Under the pieces are notes generated by a model. The model was not told where the DNA came from, ran no database searches, and worked only from the letters and a program-made list of their open reading frames with translations. From the NCBI GenBank assembly GCA_965224025.1, contig OZ245033.1, forward strand, positions 2,400,001 to 2,464,000: a stretch of 64,000 nt of DNA, given 5' to 3'. Origin of the DNA: Candidatus Multivorans sp. (GTDB lineage: Bacteria > Acidobacteriota > Thermoanaerobaculia > Multivoradales > Multivoraceae). Below, in pieces: positions 40,730 to 50,037 of this stretch. The translations under genes and the position numbers were made by a program. Numbering within the stretch: the first letter of the stretch is position 1; each line of letters starts with the position of its first letter.

Positions 40730-40951
40730 CTAACGGTCCGGTCCATCGGCGCTGGCATGTCGTGGGGCGAGTTTCGCCCACGTGCGGAGCGCGGAGTTTA
40801 CTGCGGCAGAGTCCTTGAACACGGCTGCCACGTCTGGATCCAGCAGGACCACGTTCGTTCCCTGCCGATAGGCTCGATGGTGCTTTCCTCGAACCCCTCC
40901 TGAGAAGTCGTACTCGGGGCGCATCGCTCCCGGTTCACCTGTCTGACTCAT
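40730..40951 (-). CDS. BrnA-like antitoxin
   Basis: MRPEYDFSGGVRGK..LDPDVAAVF..AVNSALR; downstream of brnT remnant. Confidence 0.8.
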   Translation of the reverse strand: MSQTGEPGAMRPEYDFSGGVRGKHHRAYRQGTNVVLLDPDVAAVFKDSAAVNSALRTWAKLAPRHASADGPDR

Positions 40952-41252
40952 ACTGCTTTCGTTCGCCTGGTGTCGCTGTGCGGGCAGATTCGAATGCGTC
41001 GGCCACGCTCCACGTACGCTACCACCAGCAACCGGTTCTGCCGTGAAATGCCCATGCTCAGGAATCGATGCTCACCCTCGGAGTTGATTCGAACACCTTG
41101 GGCTGAAGCTGCCGGGGCTGTCGGGCCACCTCCGGGTCAGGGACAGTGCTCTCCATGGGATCCCCGAACACGGTTGAAGCCTCGGTGAAGTCCACGCCGT
41201 GCCTCTCCACGTTCGACCGCTCCTTGCGTGCGTCCCACTCCAAGTACAACAT
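40935..41252 (-). pseudogene. brnT: BrnT toxin pseudogene
   Basis: EWDARKERSNVERHGVDFTEASTVFGDP, ~44-bp insertion, then SEGEHRFLSMG..LLVVAYVER..IRI, second shift, then ARTATPGERKQYE. Confidence 0.82.
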
Positions 41253-41254
41253 CG

Positions 41255-42661
41255 CTACATGCCACGGTTCCTGGATCGCTCGATGGCTCCCAGCGACCAT
41301 TTGGCCGCCTGCTCACCACATCCGGCGCCGACGGCGATCGCTCGGCTCAGGCCGATGCCGTAGAGCGCGTTGCCGGCAAGGTGGAAGCCGTCGATTTCGG
41401 CGAGGGCGGCCTCGATTCTGGCCACCCGTTGCGGATGGCCGGGGGCGTACTGCGGGATCGCGTGCGGCCAGCGGGCGACGTGGGTGGAAACCGGCGATGG
41501 CTCGATGCCGACGATGCGGCGCAATTCGCGGCGGGTCAGGGCCACTAGTTCGTCGTCATCCAGGTTGGCGGCCTCGGGGTCCACGCCGCCGCCGAACATG
41601 GAGCGGGCGAGGAACTGGCCTTCCGGGCTGCGACCGCGGAAAGTCGCGGTTTCGTACTGGCAGCCGAGCATGCGGATGCTCTCGCCGCGGGCGACGAGGA
41701 AGCCGTAGGCCGGCTCCAGGTGGGCCGTGGCTTGAGCGTCAAAGGCCGTGTGGACCACAGCCATCGGAGGCGAGTCGATCTGCCGAAGTTCGTCGGCGGC
41801 CGCTGCCGACACGCCGGCGATGAGATCGGCGGCCGCGGGCAGATCGGCGGCGACGACGACGGCATCGGCAGCGTGCTCGCCGCCGGATGAAGTGACGGTG
41901 AAGCCGCCGCCGGTGCTGCGCCCTATCGAGGTCACGGGCCGGTTGCAGCGAACGTCGATTCCCGGCATCGCGGCGACCGCGCGCGGCAGGGCCTGAATGC
42001 CATCGAGGAAGGTCTTGTGTCCGGGCGGCGGCACGCCGCGCCTACGGCCGGCGCGCATGGCCTTGAACAGGGAGCCGTGGGCCTTTTCCATCGCCACCAA
42101 CCGCGGAAAGGCTGCGACCGCCGAGAGCTTTCGGGCGTCGCCGGCGAAGATGCCGAGGACGACGGGTGAGATCAGGCGTCTGGCGGCTTGTCGGCCCATG
42201 CGCCGGGCGGCGAAGTCGAACAGCGATTCGTCGACGCCGCCTCGCCGGCCCGGTACCAGCGGTTCAAGCGCCAGTCGGGCCAGACCGAGCGGCCCCAGCA
42301 GGCCGCTCCGGGCGAACGGCAGCGGGCTGCGCGACAGTTCGCGCAGCTTGCCGCCCCGGTAGATGGACCGGCGGTTCGCGGCCGGTTCAGGCGCGAGCAC
42401 CTCCTCGCCGAGACCGCACGCGTCGATCATCTCCCGCAGTACCGGCTGATCGTCGAGGAAACCTTGGGGGCCGGTCTCGATCAGGAAACCATCTGCCTGC
42501 TCCGTCCGCGCCTTGCCGCCGACCTCGTCGTCCGCCTCGAGCACGACGACCTTGAGCGCGGCGCCGGCGCGCCCGGCTTCGGCGGCCGCCTTCCAGGCGG
42601 CGGCCAGCCCCGAAGGTCCGCCGCCGACGATCACCAGGCGGCGCGCCCGTGCGTCGCTCAA
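41255..42661 (-). CDS. hemY: Protoporphyrinogen oxidase (HemY/HemG FAD type)
   Basis: IVGGGPSGL, ETGPQGF, GIFAGD..LS, AIPQY..GH; TTGA overlap with hemE. Confidence 0.88.
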   Translation of the reverse strand: MSDARARRLVIVGGGPSGLAAAWKAAAEAGRAGAALKVVVLEADDEVGGKARTEQADGFLIETGPQGFLDDQPVLREMIDACGLGEEVLAPEPAANRRSIYRGGKLRELSRSPLPFARSGLLGPLGLARLALEPLVPGRRGGVDESLFDFAARRMGRQAARRLISPVVLGIFAGDARKLSAVAAFPRLVAMEKAHGSLFKAMRAGRRRGVPPPGHKTFLDGIQALPRAVAAMPGIDVRCNRPVTSIGRSTGGGFTVTSSGGEHAADAVVVAADLPAAADLIAGVSAAAADELRQIDSPPMAVVHTAFDAQATAHLEPAYGFLVARGESIRMLGCQYETATFRGRSPEGQFLARSMFGGGVDPEAANLDDDELVALTRRELRRIVGIEPSPVSTHVARWPHAIPQYAPGHPQRVARIEAALAEIDGFHLAGNALYGIGLSRAIAVGAGCGEQAAKWSLGAIERSRNRGM

Positions 42662-43749
42662 ACGTCCCGCTCCGCCTCGGCGTGGACGGCTTCGACCAGG
42701 GTTTGCACCGCCTCCAGCGGGGTCTCGGGCAGCACGCCGTGCCCCAGGTTCACGATGTGGCCGCGGCCGGGCAGGCTGGACAGCAGGCGCCGCGTCTCGC
42801 GCCGGATCGCCTCGGCGCCGGCGAGCAGCACGGCCGGGTCCAGGTTGCCCTGCAGGCACAACCCCGGCCGTCGCCCTCGGAGCGCTCCCAGGTCGGTGCG
42901 CCAGTCGACGCCGAGCGCCTCGCAGGGCAGTTCGGCGTAGTCATGGGCGAGCTGGGGCGCGGCGTGGAGGAAGAGGATGCGCGGCACGCCGGCGTCGCCG
43001 ACGCGCCGGAGCAGGCGTTCCAGGTGCGGCCGCACCCGGCGGCGCCACCCGGCGCGGGAGAACAGGCCCGCCCAGGAATCGAAGACCTGGACGGCGTCCG
43101 CTCCGGCCCGGTGCTGGGCAATCAGGTAGCGGGCGCAGAGGCGTCCGAGCCGGTCGAGCAGGGCTTCGAAAGCCGCGGGCTCTTCGTGGGCGAACGCCCG
43201 CAACCGCGGGAAGTCGGGCACGCCGCGGCCTTCGACCAGGTAGGCGGCGAGGGTCAGCGGCGCGCCGGCGAAGCCGAGCAGTGCCTTGCCCCGGTCGAGA
43301 TCCCGGCGGACGATCCGTTGGGCCGCCGTGACCTCGGGTGCTATCTCCGCTTCGTCGAGGCCGTCCGGGTTGGGCAGGGCGGCTACCGACGCGGCGTCGC
43401 GGATCGGTCGGGCGATCACGGGGCCGGGGGCGAAGCGGAAGTCGATGCCCAGGGCGGGCAGCGGCGACATGATGTCGGCGAAAGTGATCGCGGCATCGAA
43501 CGGGAAGCGGCGGAGCGGCATCAGCGTGACCTGGGCCGCCAGTTCGGGGTCGCGGGAGAGACCGGCGAAGCCGTGGCGCTCCTTGAGAGCCCGGTACTCG
43601 GGCAGGATGCGCCCGGCCTGCCGCATGATCCAAAGCGGCCGCCGCGGCGTATCCTCGAAGCGCAGCGTCCGCAGGAGCAGGTCGGTGTCCGGCTGGGCAG
43701 AGGTGTTCGGCGAAGCGGCCTCGAGACGGGCCGCCGAGTCAGTGTTCAT
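42658..43749 (-). CDS. hemE: Uroporphyrinogen decarboxylase
   Basis: WIMRQAGRILPEY, FAGAPLT, QVFDSWAG, QGNLDP, NLGHG. Confidence 0.95.
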   Translation of the reverse strand: MNTDSAARLEAASPNTSAQPDTDLLLRTLRFEDTPRRPLWIMRQAGRILPEYRALKERHGFAGLSRDPELAAQVTLMPLRRFPFDAAITFADIMSPLPALGIDFRFAPGPVIARPIRDAASVAALPNPDGLDEAEIAPEVTAAQRIVRRDLDRGKALLGFAGAPLTLAAYLVEGRGVPDFPRLRAFAHEEPAAFEALLDRLGRLCARYLIAQHRAGADAVQVFDSWAGLFSRAGWRRRVRPHLERLLRRVGDAGVPRILFLHAAPQLAHDYAELPCEALGVDWRTDLGALRGRRPGLCLQGNLDPAVLLAGAEAIRRETRRLLSSLPGRGHIVNLGHGVLPETPLEAVQTLVEAVHAEAERDV

Positions 43750-45152
43750 TCGGCGAGGTCCGTCGCGCTCTGCTTCTGCCGGCGCTCGCCGCCGAGCTGC
43801 GTGGACGGCCAGGTGTCGCCGTCGCCGGACCGCGAGGAAACGCGCCGCCGCTCCAGCAGTTCCGGCGCCGCGGCGGCGAGAAATGCGTCGACGCCCTCCT
43901 GGCCGATTTCGGTCGCGACTGCCCGCAGCCCGAGGACGGGCAAGTGGCTCAGACGCTTCGCCATGACCGAGGTCCACTGCTTGAGCGCCGCCCGCTCGGT
44001 GTCGGAGAGCCCCTTCAGCTCGCCCTGCAGCAGACGGTCGAGGTTGGCGCCCAGGGAATCCTGGTACTTCGCGCCGATTGCCCGGATGGCCCCGGCGACC
44101 GACCGGGTCGCCATCGCCTCGCGGTAGGCGTCGAGCTCCTCGTCGATCAGGACGCGGGCCTCGGCGGTGCGCTCGCGCCGGTCGCGCAGGGTCTGCTGGG
44201 CCCGCTCGTTGATGCCATCCATGCCGATCCGCTCCAGGCCGGCCGCGTCGGTGTCGCAGGGCGCGGCGTCGGCCGGGATGGCCATGTCGACCACCAGCGG
44301 CGCCGCTCCGAGCTGCGACCGGCCGGCGCGGGCGAGCGCGAAGAGGCAGCGGCGATCGACCACGGGTTCCGGCGCGCCGGTCGAGAACAGTACCCCGGTG
44401 ACCGCTGGCGGTCTGGCGCGGAAGGTCTCGAGACTCATCGTCTCGATGGCCGGGGCAGCACAACGGAATGAGACCGCTGCGGCCGTTCGCTCGGCGAGTT
44501 CCTCGGCCTTCCCGTGCGTGCGGTTGACGAGAACCAGGGGGATGCCCCGGCCGTGCAGGCGCTCGGTACAGGTTTCCGTCATCGCCGCCACGCCGACCAG
44601 GGCGACCGATCCCGCGACCTCGGCCGCTCGCTCGCTCAGCAGGTCGGCCGCGATCTCGGAGAGAGAGGTGCGCCCGGCGCCGACCCCGGTTTCGCGATGG
44701 ACCCGCTTGCCGGCCCGAAGCGCCGATTCGACCACCCGCCGCAGCTCGGAGTCGACGGCGCCGCAGGCGGTCGCCTCCTCCAACGCGTCGCGAAGCTGTC
44801 CGCGGATCTCCCGTTCGCCGGGCTGAGCCGAGTCGAGGCCTGCCGCCACCAGGTACAGGTGTTCGACCGCGCCCTCGCCCACCCAGCTCCGAAACACACG
44901 CCGCGCCGCCCCCTCGCCGGCGACCAGCCGCAACAGTTCGCGGCGGCACGACGCAAGCGTGGCGCCCGGTTCAGCCGAGAAGATGAACGCGACACGGTTG
45001 CACGTCGCGAGGTAGATGAACCCCTGAGCGCCGATCCTCTGCTTCAGCCGCCGCAGCTCGGCGGCCCGGCGCGTGTCCGGAACCGTGTACCGCGCGATCT
45101 CTTCCGCGCTCGCATAGCGCCAGGTCGCGGCCACGACGCAACAGTTGTCCAT
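43746..45152 (-). CDS. hemA: Glutamyl-tRNA reductase
   Basis: LATCNRV, HLYLVAAGLDS..GEREI, VNRT, DMAIP. Confidence 0.85.
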   Translation of the reverse strand: MDNCCVVAATWRYASAEEIARYTVPDTRRAAELRRLKQRIGAQGFIYLATCNRVAFIFSAEPGATLASCRRELLRLVAGEGAARRVFRSWVGEGAVEHLYLVAAGLDSAQPGEREIRGQLRDALEEATACGAVDSELRRVVESALRAGKRVHRETGVGAGRTSLSEIAADLLSERAAEVAGSVALVGVAAMTETCTERLHGRGIPLVLVNRTHGKAEELAERTAAAVSFRCAAPAIETMSLETFRARPPAVTGVLFSTGAPEPVVDRRCLFALARAGRSQLGAAPLVVDMAIPADAAPCDTDAAGLERIGMDGINERAQQTLRDRRERTAEARVLIDEELDAYREAMATRSVAGAIRAIGAKYQDSLGANLDRLLQGELKGLSDTERAALKQWTSVMAKRLSHLPVLGLRAVATEIGQEGVDAFLAAAAPELLERRRVSSRSGDGDTWPSTQLGGERRQKQSATDLAE

Positions 45153-45273
45153 TCGCGCGATTCTGACTCAGTTCGGCGCGCGGATTGTCATGGGTGTGTC
45201 ATGTTCGCATTGCCGCCCGTTGCCGGGCGTTGCGGTGCGCTGAATGCTCGCAGCGCCAAGGGTTCGGCTCGGC

Positions 45274-45924
45274 CTACAGACTGATGCCGATTCCGCTCCG
45301 CCGGCCAGCCAGCCTCACGTCCTCGATGAACGATCCGTCCGTCCCCTCGCGGACACCGACAACCTGGATGTCCTGCACAGCTACGCGATCGCCGAACAGC
45401 AGCATCGCGGCGTCTGGGTCGTATTGGCGCGAGGTCCAGATCAGGCCATCCATGTCGTACTGGTCGTGGATCGCCTTCGCCCAAAGCGCTGTGTACTTGT
45501 AGTGGCTTGGCGGGCTGGCAATCAGACTATCTCGGCGGATCTGCCACTTCCTGAGATCGGGCGCGCGCAGGCTCGCAAGGCGTAGGGGACGGCGCGGCTG
45601 CAGGGTGCTGTGCTTCCGACTCTCGACAGCGCCGCGTGGAACGGTCTTCCTGTCGCTCGATGTCACTGGAATGTCGTGGAACACCGTCTCGTAGATTGCC
45701 GCCTCCACGGTTCCGCCCGCGTAGAGCGAAGGAACGCAGCGTCCCTCCTCGTCTTGGATCGGCGCGAACCGCGTGTCAGGGCCACGGCACGGATTGAAGT
45801 CGTTTCCGGCGAACCGCCGGGGGTGGACACGATGCAGAAGCTCGTGCGGCGCCCTTACGACGACGTTGGGTTCGGCGAATACTTCGGACGGCCGCGGAAG
45901 GGCTGCTCCGAAACTCTCATCCAT
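45274..45924 (-). CDS. RES-domain toxin (NAD+ phosphorylase family)
   Basis: LHRVH..RFAP..LYAG..AIYETVFHD..GLIWTSRQ..LFGDR. Confidence 0.87.
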   Translation of the reverse strand: MDESFGAALPRPSEVFAEPNVVVRAPHELLHRVHPRRFAGNDFNPCRGPDTRFAPIQDEEGRCVPSLYAGGTVEAAIYETVFHDIPVTSSDRKTVPRGAVESRKHSTLQPRRPLRLASLRAPDLRKWQIRRDSLIASPPSHYKYTALWAKAIHDQYDMDGLIWTSRQYDPDAAMLLFGDRVAVQDIQVVGVREGTDGSFIEDVRLAGRRSGIGISL

Positions 45925-46570
45925 ACGCCGGTTCCGCGAGCCGGCGGGCTGCCTGGGCGACCAGAGCGTCGTCCAGCCGGTCCTGGGGTCGGTCGCCGTC
46001 GAGCCACCCGTTCGCGGAGGCGAACCACAGCGCCGTCTGCCACGGCGTTATCGTTGCCGGGAGTTCGGCGAGGACAGCCCCCACCGCGGGCCGTGGCGAC
46101 CCGTCCTCGAACTGAAACGCGGGGTAGTAGTTGCGGCCTTCCATCCGAAGGGCGAACGTCTTGCCTTCCGCCTTCCAGCGCGACGCCGGCTCGCTCGTAT
46201 TCCTGGAACGCAGCCCCGACGCCAAGTGGATTTCCGCCGCGGTCAGCATCGGCGTTTCGGCCACGTACGCTCGGCGCAGCTCCAGGTTGTCGACCGCCAA
46301 CTCCCCTTCCACCCCGTAAGCATGCGCCCAGAGCCGCAGTAGAACGGTGTCCAGCAAGCGGTCCCCGGCTTCGCGCTCGGGCGCGGGCGAGAACTCTTCC
46401 CACAGCCGGTTCAAGCGATCGGCCATGCCGGCCGCCTCCCCAGACGCGTGGATCAGGACCCAATCGTCTCCGGCGTCGATCGATCCCATCCGGTCCTTCA
46501 CTCGCTGAGGCAGTCTCTCGACCTCTTCGGCCTGAAGCGGCTCCCATTCGATCGATTGTGGTCTCGGCAT
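45917..46570 (-). CDS. Antitoxin partner of RES toxin (MbcA/ParS-like C-terminus)
   Basis: YYPAFQF, ALWFASANGWLDGDRPQD; 8-nt overlap with RES gene. Confidence 0.78.
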   Translation of the reverse strand: MPRPQSIEWEPLQAEEVERLPQRVKDRMGSIDAGDDWVLIHASGEAAGMADRLNRLWEEFSPAPEREAGDRLLDTVLLRLWAHAYGVEGELAVDNLELRRAYVAETPMLTAAEIHLASGLRSRNTSEPASRWKAEGKTFALRMEGRNYYPAFQFEDGSPRPAVGAVLAELPATITPWQTALWFASANGWLDGDRPQDRLDDALVAQAARRLAEPAYG

Positions 46571-46628
46571 GGTTGTCGCTCACTCGTTCATCAAAGCCAT
46601 GAGTGAGATTCGTGATCGGATATGTAGT

Positions 46629-47720
46629 CTATCGATTCTCACCCTTACCGGCAACGTGCTGCGGACAGCTACTGGCTCGGCGCCACTCGCGGGTGTTGCG
46701 GAGGATCAGCCCGGTCAGGGCGTCGAGGTGGTCGGGCCGATCGTTGAGGCAGGGGATGTAGCGGAGTCTCTCGCCGCCGGATTCTTCGAAGTAGCCGCGG
46801 TTCTCGACTTCGATTTCCTCGAGGGTCTCGATGCAGTCGGCGGAGAAGCCGGGGCAGGCGACGTCGACGTTCTTGAGCCCGGCTTGGGGTAGCTCTCGCA
46901 TGGCAACGTCGGTCTTGGGCCGGATCCACAGTTCGCGGCCGAACTGGGACTGGAAGGTGCTGAGAACGCGCTCCTCGCCGATGCCGAGTTCCTCCACCAG
47001 GAGCCGGGTCGTATCCAGGCACTGGCACTGGTAGGGATCGCCGTTGTCGACGTAGCGTTGGGGGACGCCGTGGTAGGAGAGCACGAGCCGTTCCGGTTCG
47101 CCGTCCGCCCAGGTCTCGCGGATGCTCGCGGCGAGAGCCCGCACAAAACCCGGGTCGTCGTAGTAGCTGTTGATCGTCCGCAGTTCAGGCACCCGGCGCC
47201 AGCGGCGAAGTTGCCTCGCCAGCATGTCGATCGTGGAGGCGGTGGTGGCCGCCGAATACTGCGGGAACAGCGGGAAGAACAGCAGGCGTGTGCACCCCTT
47301 GCGGCGCAGTTCGGCCAGTGCGCTCTTGATCGACGGCTCGCCGTAGCGCATGCCGAGTACTGCGTGGCAGGGCGGTTCCCCGTCGCGCTGGCGCTGTTGC
47401 AGCCTGGCTGCTATGCCCTCGACCTGGCGGTTTCCAATGGCGAGCAGGGGAGACCCTTCGTGGGTCCAGATCTTCTCGTACAGCCTGGCGACTCGCTGCG
47501 GGCGCGTGGTCAGCACGAAGAGATGGAGGATGGGCAGCCACTTCCAGCGCGGCGCTTCGGCGATGCGGATGTCGCTCAGGAACTGCCGGAGGTAGCGGCG
47601 CAGTGCCGCCGGGGTCGGCGCCGCGGGCGTGCCGACGTTGGCCAGCAGGACGCCGATCGCGCGGCGGTCGGCGTCCGCCGCCACGCGGGGTTCCGGTTCG
47701 TAGAGGGATGTGCCGGTCAT
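46629..47720 (-). CDS. hemH: Ferrochelatase
   Basis: LANVGTP, GMRYGEP, PLFPQYS, SYHGVP, FQSQFG, FSADCIETLEEI. Confidence 0.95.
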   Translation of the reverse strand: MTGTSLYEPEPRVAADADRRAIGVLLANVGTPAAPTPAALRRYLRQFLSDIRIAEAPRWKWLPILHLFVLTTRPQRVARLYEKIWTHEGSPLLAIGNRQVEGIAARLQQRQRDGEPPCHAVLGMRYGEPSIKSALAELRRKGCTRLLFFPLFPQYSAATTASTIDMLARQLRRWRRVPELRTINSYYDDPGFVRALAASIRETWADGEPERLVLSYHGVPQRYVDNGDPYQCQCLDTTRLLVEELGIGEERVLSTFQSQFGRELWIRPKTDVAMRELPQAGLKNVDVACPGFSADCIETLEEIEVENRGYFEESGGERLRYIPCLNDRPDHLDALTGLILRNTREWRRASSCPQHVAGKGENR

Positions 47721-47734
47721 CTTCGAGATGCGGT

Positions 47735-48742
47735 TCAGATCCAGTCGCGGCGGACCAGGAAGTCCGCGGTCAGGCGGGCCTCGGGGGAGCCGGGATCGGG
47801 CTCGTAGTCGTAGCGCCAGGCGGCCAGCGGCGGCAGCGACGCGAGGATGGACTCGGTGCGCGCCCGCGCCTGCAGTCCGTAGCGGGTGCCGCGGTCGTAC
47901 ACCAGGTTGAACTCCACGTAGCGGCCTCGCCGGTAGAGCTGAAAACAGCGCTCGCGCTCGCCGTACTGCCGGTCCTTGCGGCGTTCGAGGATGGGCAGGT
48001 AGGCGCGCAGGAAGTGGTCGCCAACGCTTCGCGCGAAGGCGAAGCAGCGCTCGAAGGGGTCGAGTTCCCGCGGTCGCTCGAGGCGGTTCAGATCGTCGAA
48101 GAAGAGGCCGCCGACGCCGCGCATCTCCTGCCGGTGGGGCAGGTAGAAGTAGTCGTCGCAGGCGGCCTTGTAGCGGTCGTAGAGGTCGTCGCCGAACGGC
48201 GCGCAGGCTTCGGCGGCGGTGCGGTGCCAGTGGACGGCGTCCTCTTCGAAGCCGTAGTACGGGGTCAGATCGAAACCGCCGCCGAACCACCAGCCCTCCT
48301 CGTTCGCGTCTTCGGCGCCGGCCGTCGGGTGGGCGATGAAGAAGCGGATGTTGGCGTGGCTGGTCGGCGCGTAGGGGTTGCGCGGGTGGACGATCAGGGA
48401 CACTGACGTGGCCTCGAAACTGCGTCCCGCGAGCTCCGGGCGGCGCTCGGTCGCGGCGAGAGGCAGGGAGTCGCCTCGCGAATGGCTGAAGTTGACGGCC
48501 GCCTTCTCGATCACGGGGCCGTCGGTGAGCACCCTCGGCCGGGCGCAGCCGCCGCGTTCGTTGGTCAACTCGCGGGCGTCGAACGCGGTGCCGTCGATCT
48601 CGACCAGGGCGTCGCAGATGCGGTCCTGGAGTTCCCTGAAGTAGGTGGCGACGGTCTCGGCGTCGGCCCGGCTTCCTCCCGCTTCCCCGGGCGTCTGGCC
48701 GAGTCCGCGGGCTTCGGTGTCCGTTTCGGCCCTGAAGGTCAC
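47735..48742 (-). CDS. hemF: Oxygen-dependent coproporphyrinogen III oxidase
   Basis: [42 protein letters not shown]. Confidence 0.95.
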   Translation of the reverse strand: MTFRAETDTEARGLGQTPGEAGGSRADAETVATYFRELQDRICDALVEIDGTAFDARELTNERGGCARPRVLTDGPVIEKAAVNFSHSRGDSLPLAATERRPELAGRSFEATSVSLIVHPRNPYAPTSHANIRFFIAHPTAGAEDANEEGWWFGGGFDLTPYYGFEEDAVHWHRTAAEACAPFGDDLYDRYKAACDDYFYLPHRQEMRGVGGLFFDDLNRLERPRELDPFERCFAFARSVGDHFLRAYLPILERRKDRQYGERERCFQLYRRGRYVEFNLVYDRGTRYGLQARARTESILASLPPLAAWRYDYEPDPGSPEARLTADFLVRRDWI

Positions 48743-50037
48743 GGAGTGGGGATGTCCGCCAGCGCCTCGCCGACGGCGCTGGCGAAACCGGACAGCGTTT
48801 CCTCGTCGTGGGCGAGGGACAGGAAGCCGACCTCGTAGGCCGAGGGGGCGAGCATGTAGCCGCGGTCGAGCAGCCCGCCGTGCAGCAGGCCGAAGATCTC
48901 GGCGGTGTTCGGGTGGAAGCGGTCGACCCGGCGGGGCAGTTCGCCGCCGCCGTAGGCGAGCCAGAAGATGGAACCGCAACGGACCAGCCGGTACGGGTGG
49001 CCGCTCGATGAGAGGACGGGGCCGAGTTCGCGGTCGAGCAACGACCCCAGCGCGTCCATGCGGTCCCAGCCGTCGTTGGCCTCCAGCTCGCGCAGGGTGG
49101 CAAGCCCCGCGGCGACCGCGAGCGGGTTCCCGGACAGGGTGCCGGCCTGGTAGACCGGGCCAAGGGGCGAGAGCCGGTCCATCAACCTCGCCGGCCCGCC
49201 GTAGGCGCCGACCGGCAGCCCGCCGCCGATCACCTTGCCCAGGGTGTAGAGATCGGGTTCGATGCCGACCTGGGCGCCGACGGTGACGCCGGGTACCCGG
49301 AAGCCGCTCAGCACCTCGTCGAGAATCAGCAGCGCGCCGTGTTCGGTGCAACGGCGGCGCAGTCGCTCGAGGTACTCGGGACGTTGCACCAGCAGGCCGT
49401 TGTTCGCGGGCAGTGGCTCGATGATGGCGGCCGCCAGGTTGCTTCCGTGGCGGCGGAACGCCTCGTCCAGTGCGCCGTCGTCGTCGAGCGGCAGGACGAT
49501 CGTGTCGCGGGCGGTGGCCGCGGGAATGCCGGCGCTCGAGGCGATCCCGAAGGTGGCGAGACCGCTTCCCGCCTCGACCAGGAGCGCGTCGACATGGCCG
49601 TGGTAGCAGCCCTTGAACTTGAGCATCAGGTCGCGGCCGGTGCAGCCGCGGGCGAGCCGGACCGCGGATTGGGTCGCCTCGGTGCCGGAGTTCACGAAGC
49701 GAATCTTCTCGATGCCGGGGACGAGTTCCTTGACCGTCCGCGCGAGTTCGACCTCGCCTTCGTGCGGCGCGGCGAAGGAGGTGCCGCGCGCGGCGGCTTC
49801 GCGCACCGCTTCGACCACCGCCGGATGACTGTGGCCCAGCACCAAGGGGCCGAACGAGCCGATGAAGTCCACGTAGCTGCGGCCGTCGACGGAGCGCATC
49901 ACCGAGCCCTCGGCGTCGGCGATGAAGGGCGGCGTGCCGCCGACCGCGCGGTAGGCGCGCACCGGGCTGTTCACGCCGCCGACGAGGTGCTTCTGCGCTT
50001 CGGCCCAGAGTTCCTCGCTGGTTCTTCCGGCGCTCAT
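48739..50037 (-). CDS. hemL: Glutamate-1-semialdehyde 2,1-aminomutase
   Basis: [37 protein letters not shown]. Confidence 0.95.
   Translation of the reverse strand: MSAGRTSEELWAEAQKHLVGGVNSPVRAYRAVGGTPPFIADAEGSVMRSVDGRSYVDFIGSFGPLVLGHSHPAVVEAVREAAARGTSFAAPHEGEVELARTVKELVPGIEKIRFVNSGTEATQSAVRLARGCTGRDLMLKFKGCYHGHVDALLVEAGSGLATFGIASSAGIPAATARDTIVLPLDDDGALDEAFRRHGSNLAAAIIEPLPANNGLLVQRPEYLERLRRRCTEHGALLILDEVLSGFRVPGVTVGAQVGIEPDLYTLGKVIGGGLPVGAYGGPARLMDRLSPLGPVYQAGTLSGNPLAVAAGLATLRELEANDGWDRMDALGSLLDRELGPVLSSSGHPYRLVRCGSIFWLAYGGGELPRRVDRFHPNTAEIFGLLHGGLLDRGYMLAPSAYEVGFLSLAHDEETLSGFASAVGEALADIPTP

Noticed and set aside
42658-49351. Apparent long N-terminal extensions or fusions of hemE, hemH and hemF in the ORF track
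   Set aside because: Extensions overlap upstream genes in other frames; true starts sit at stop/start overlaps
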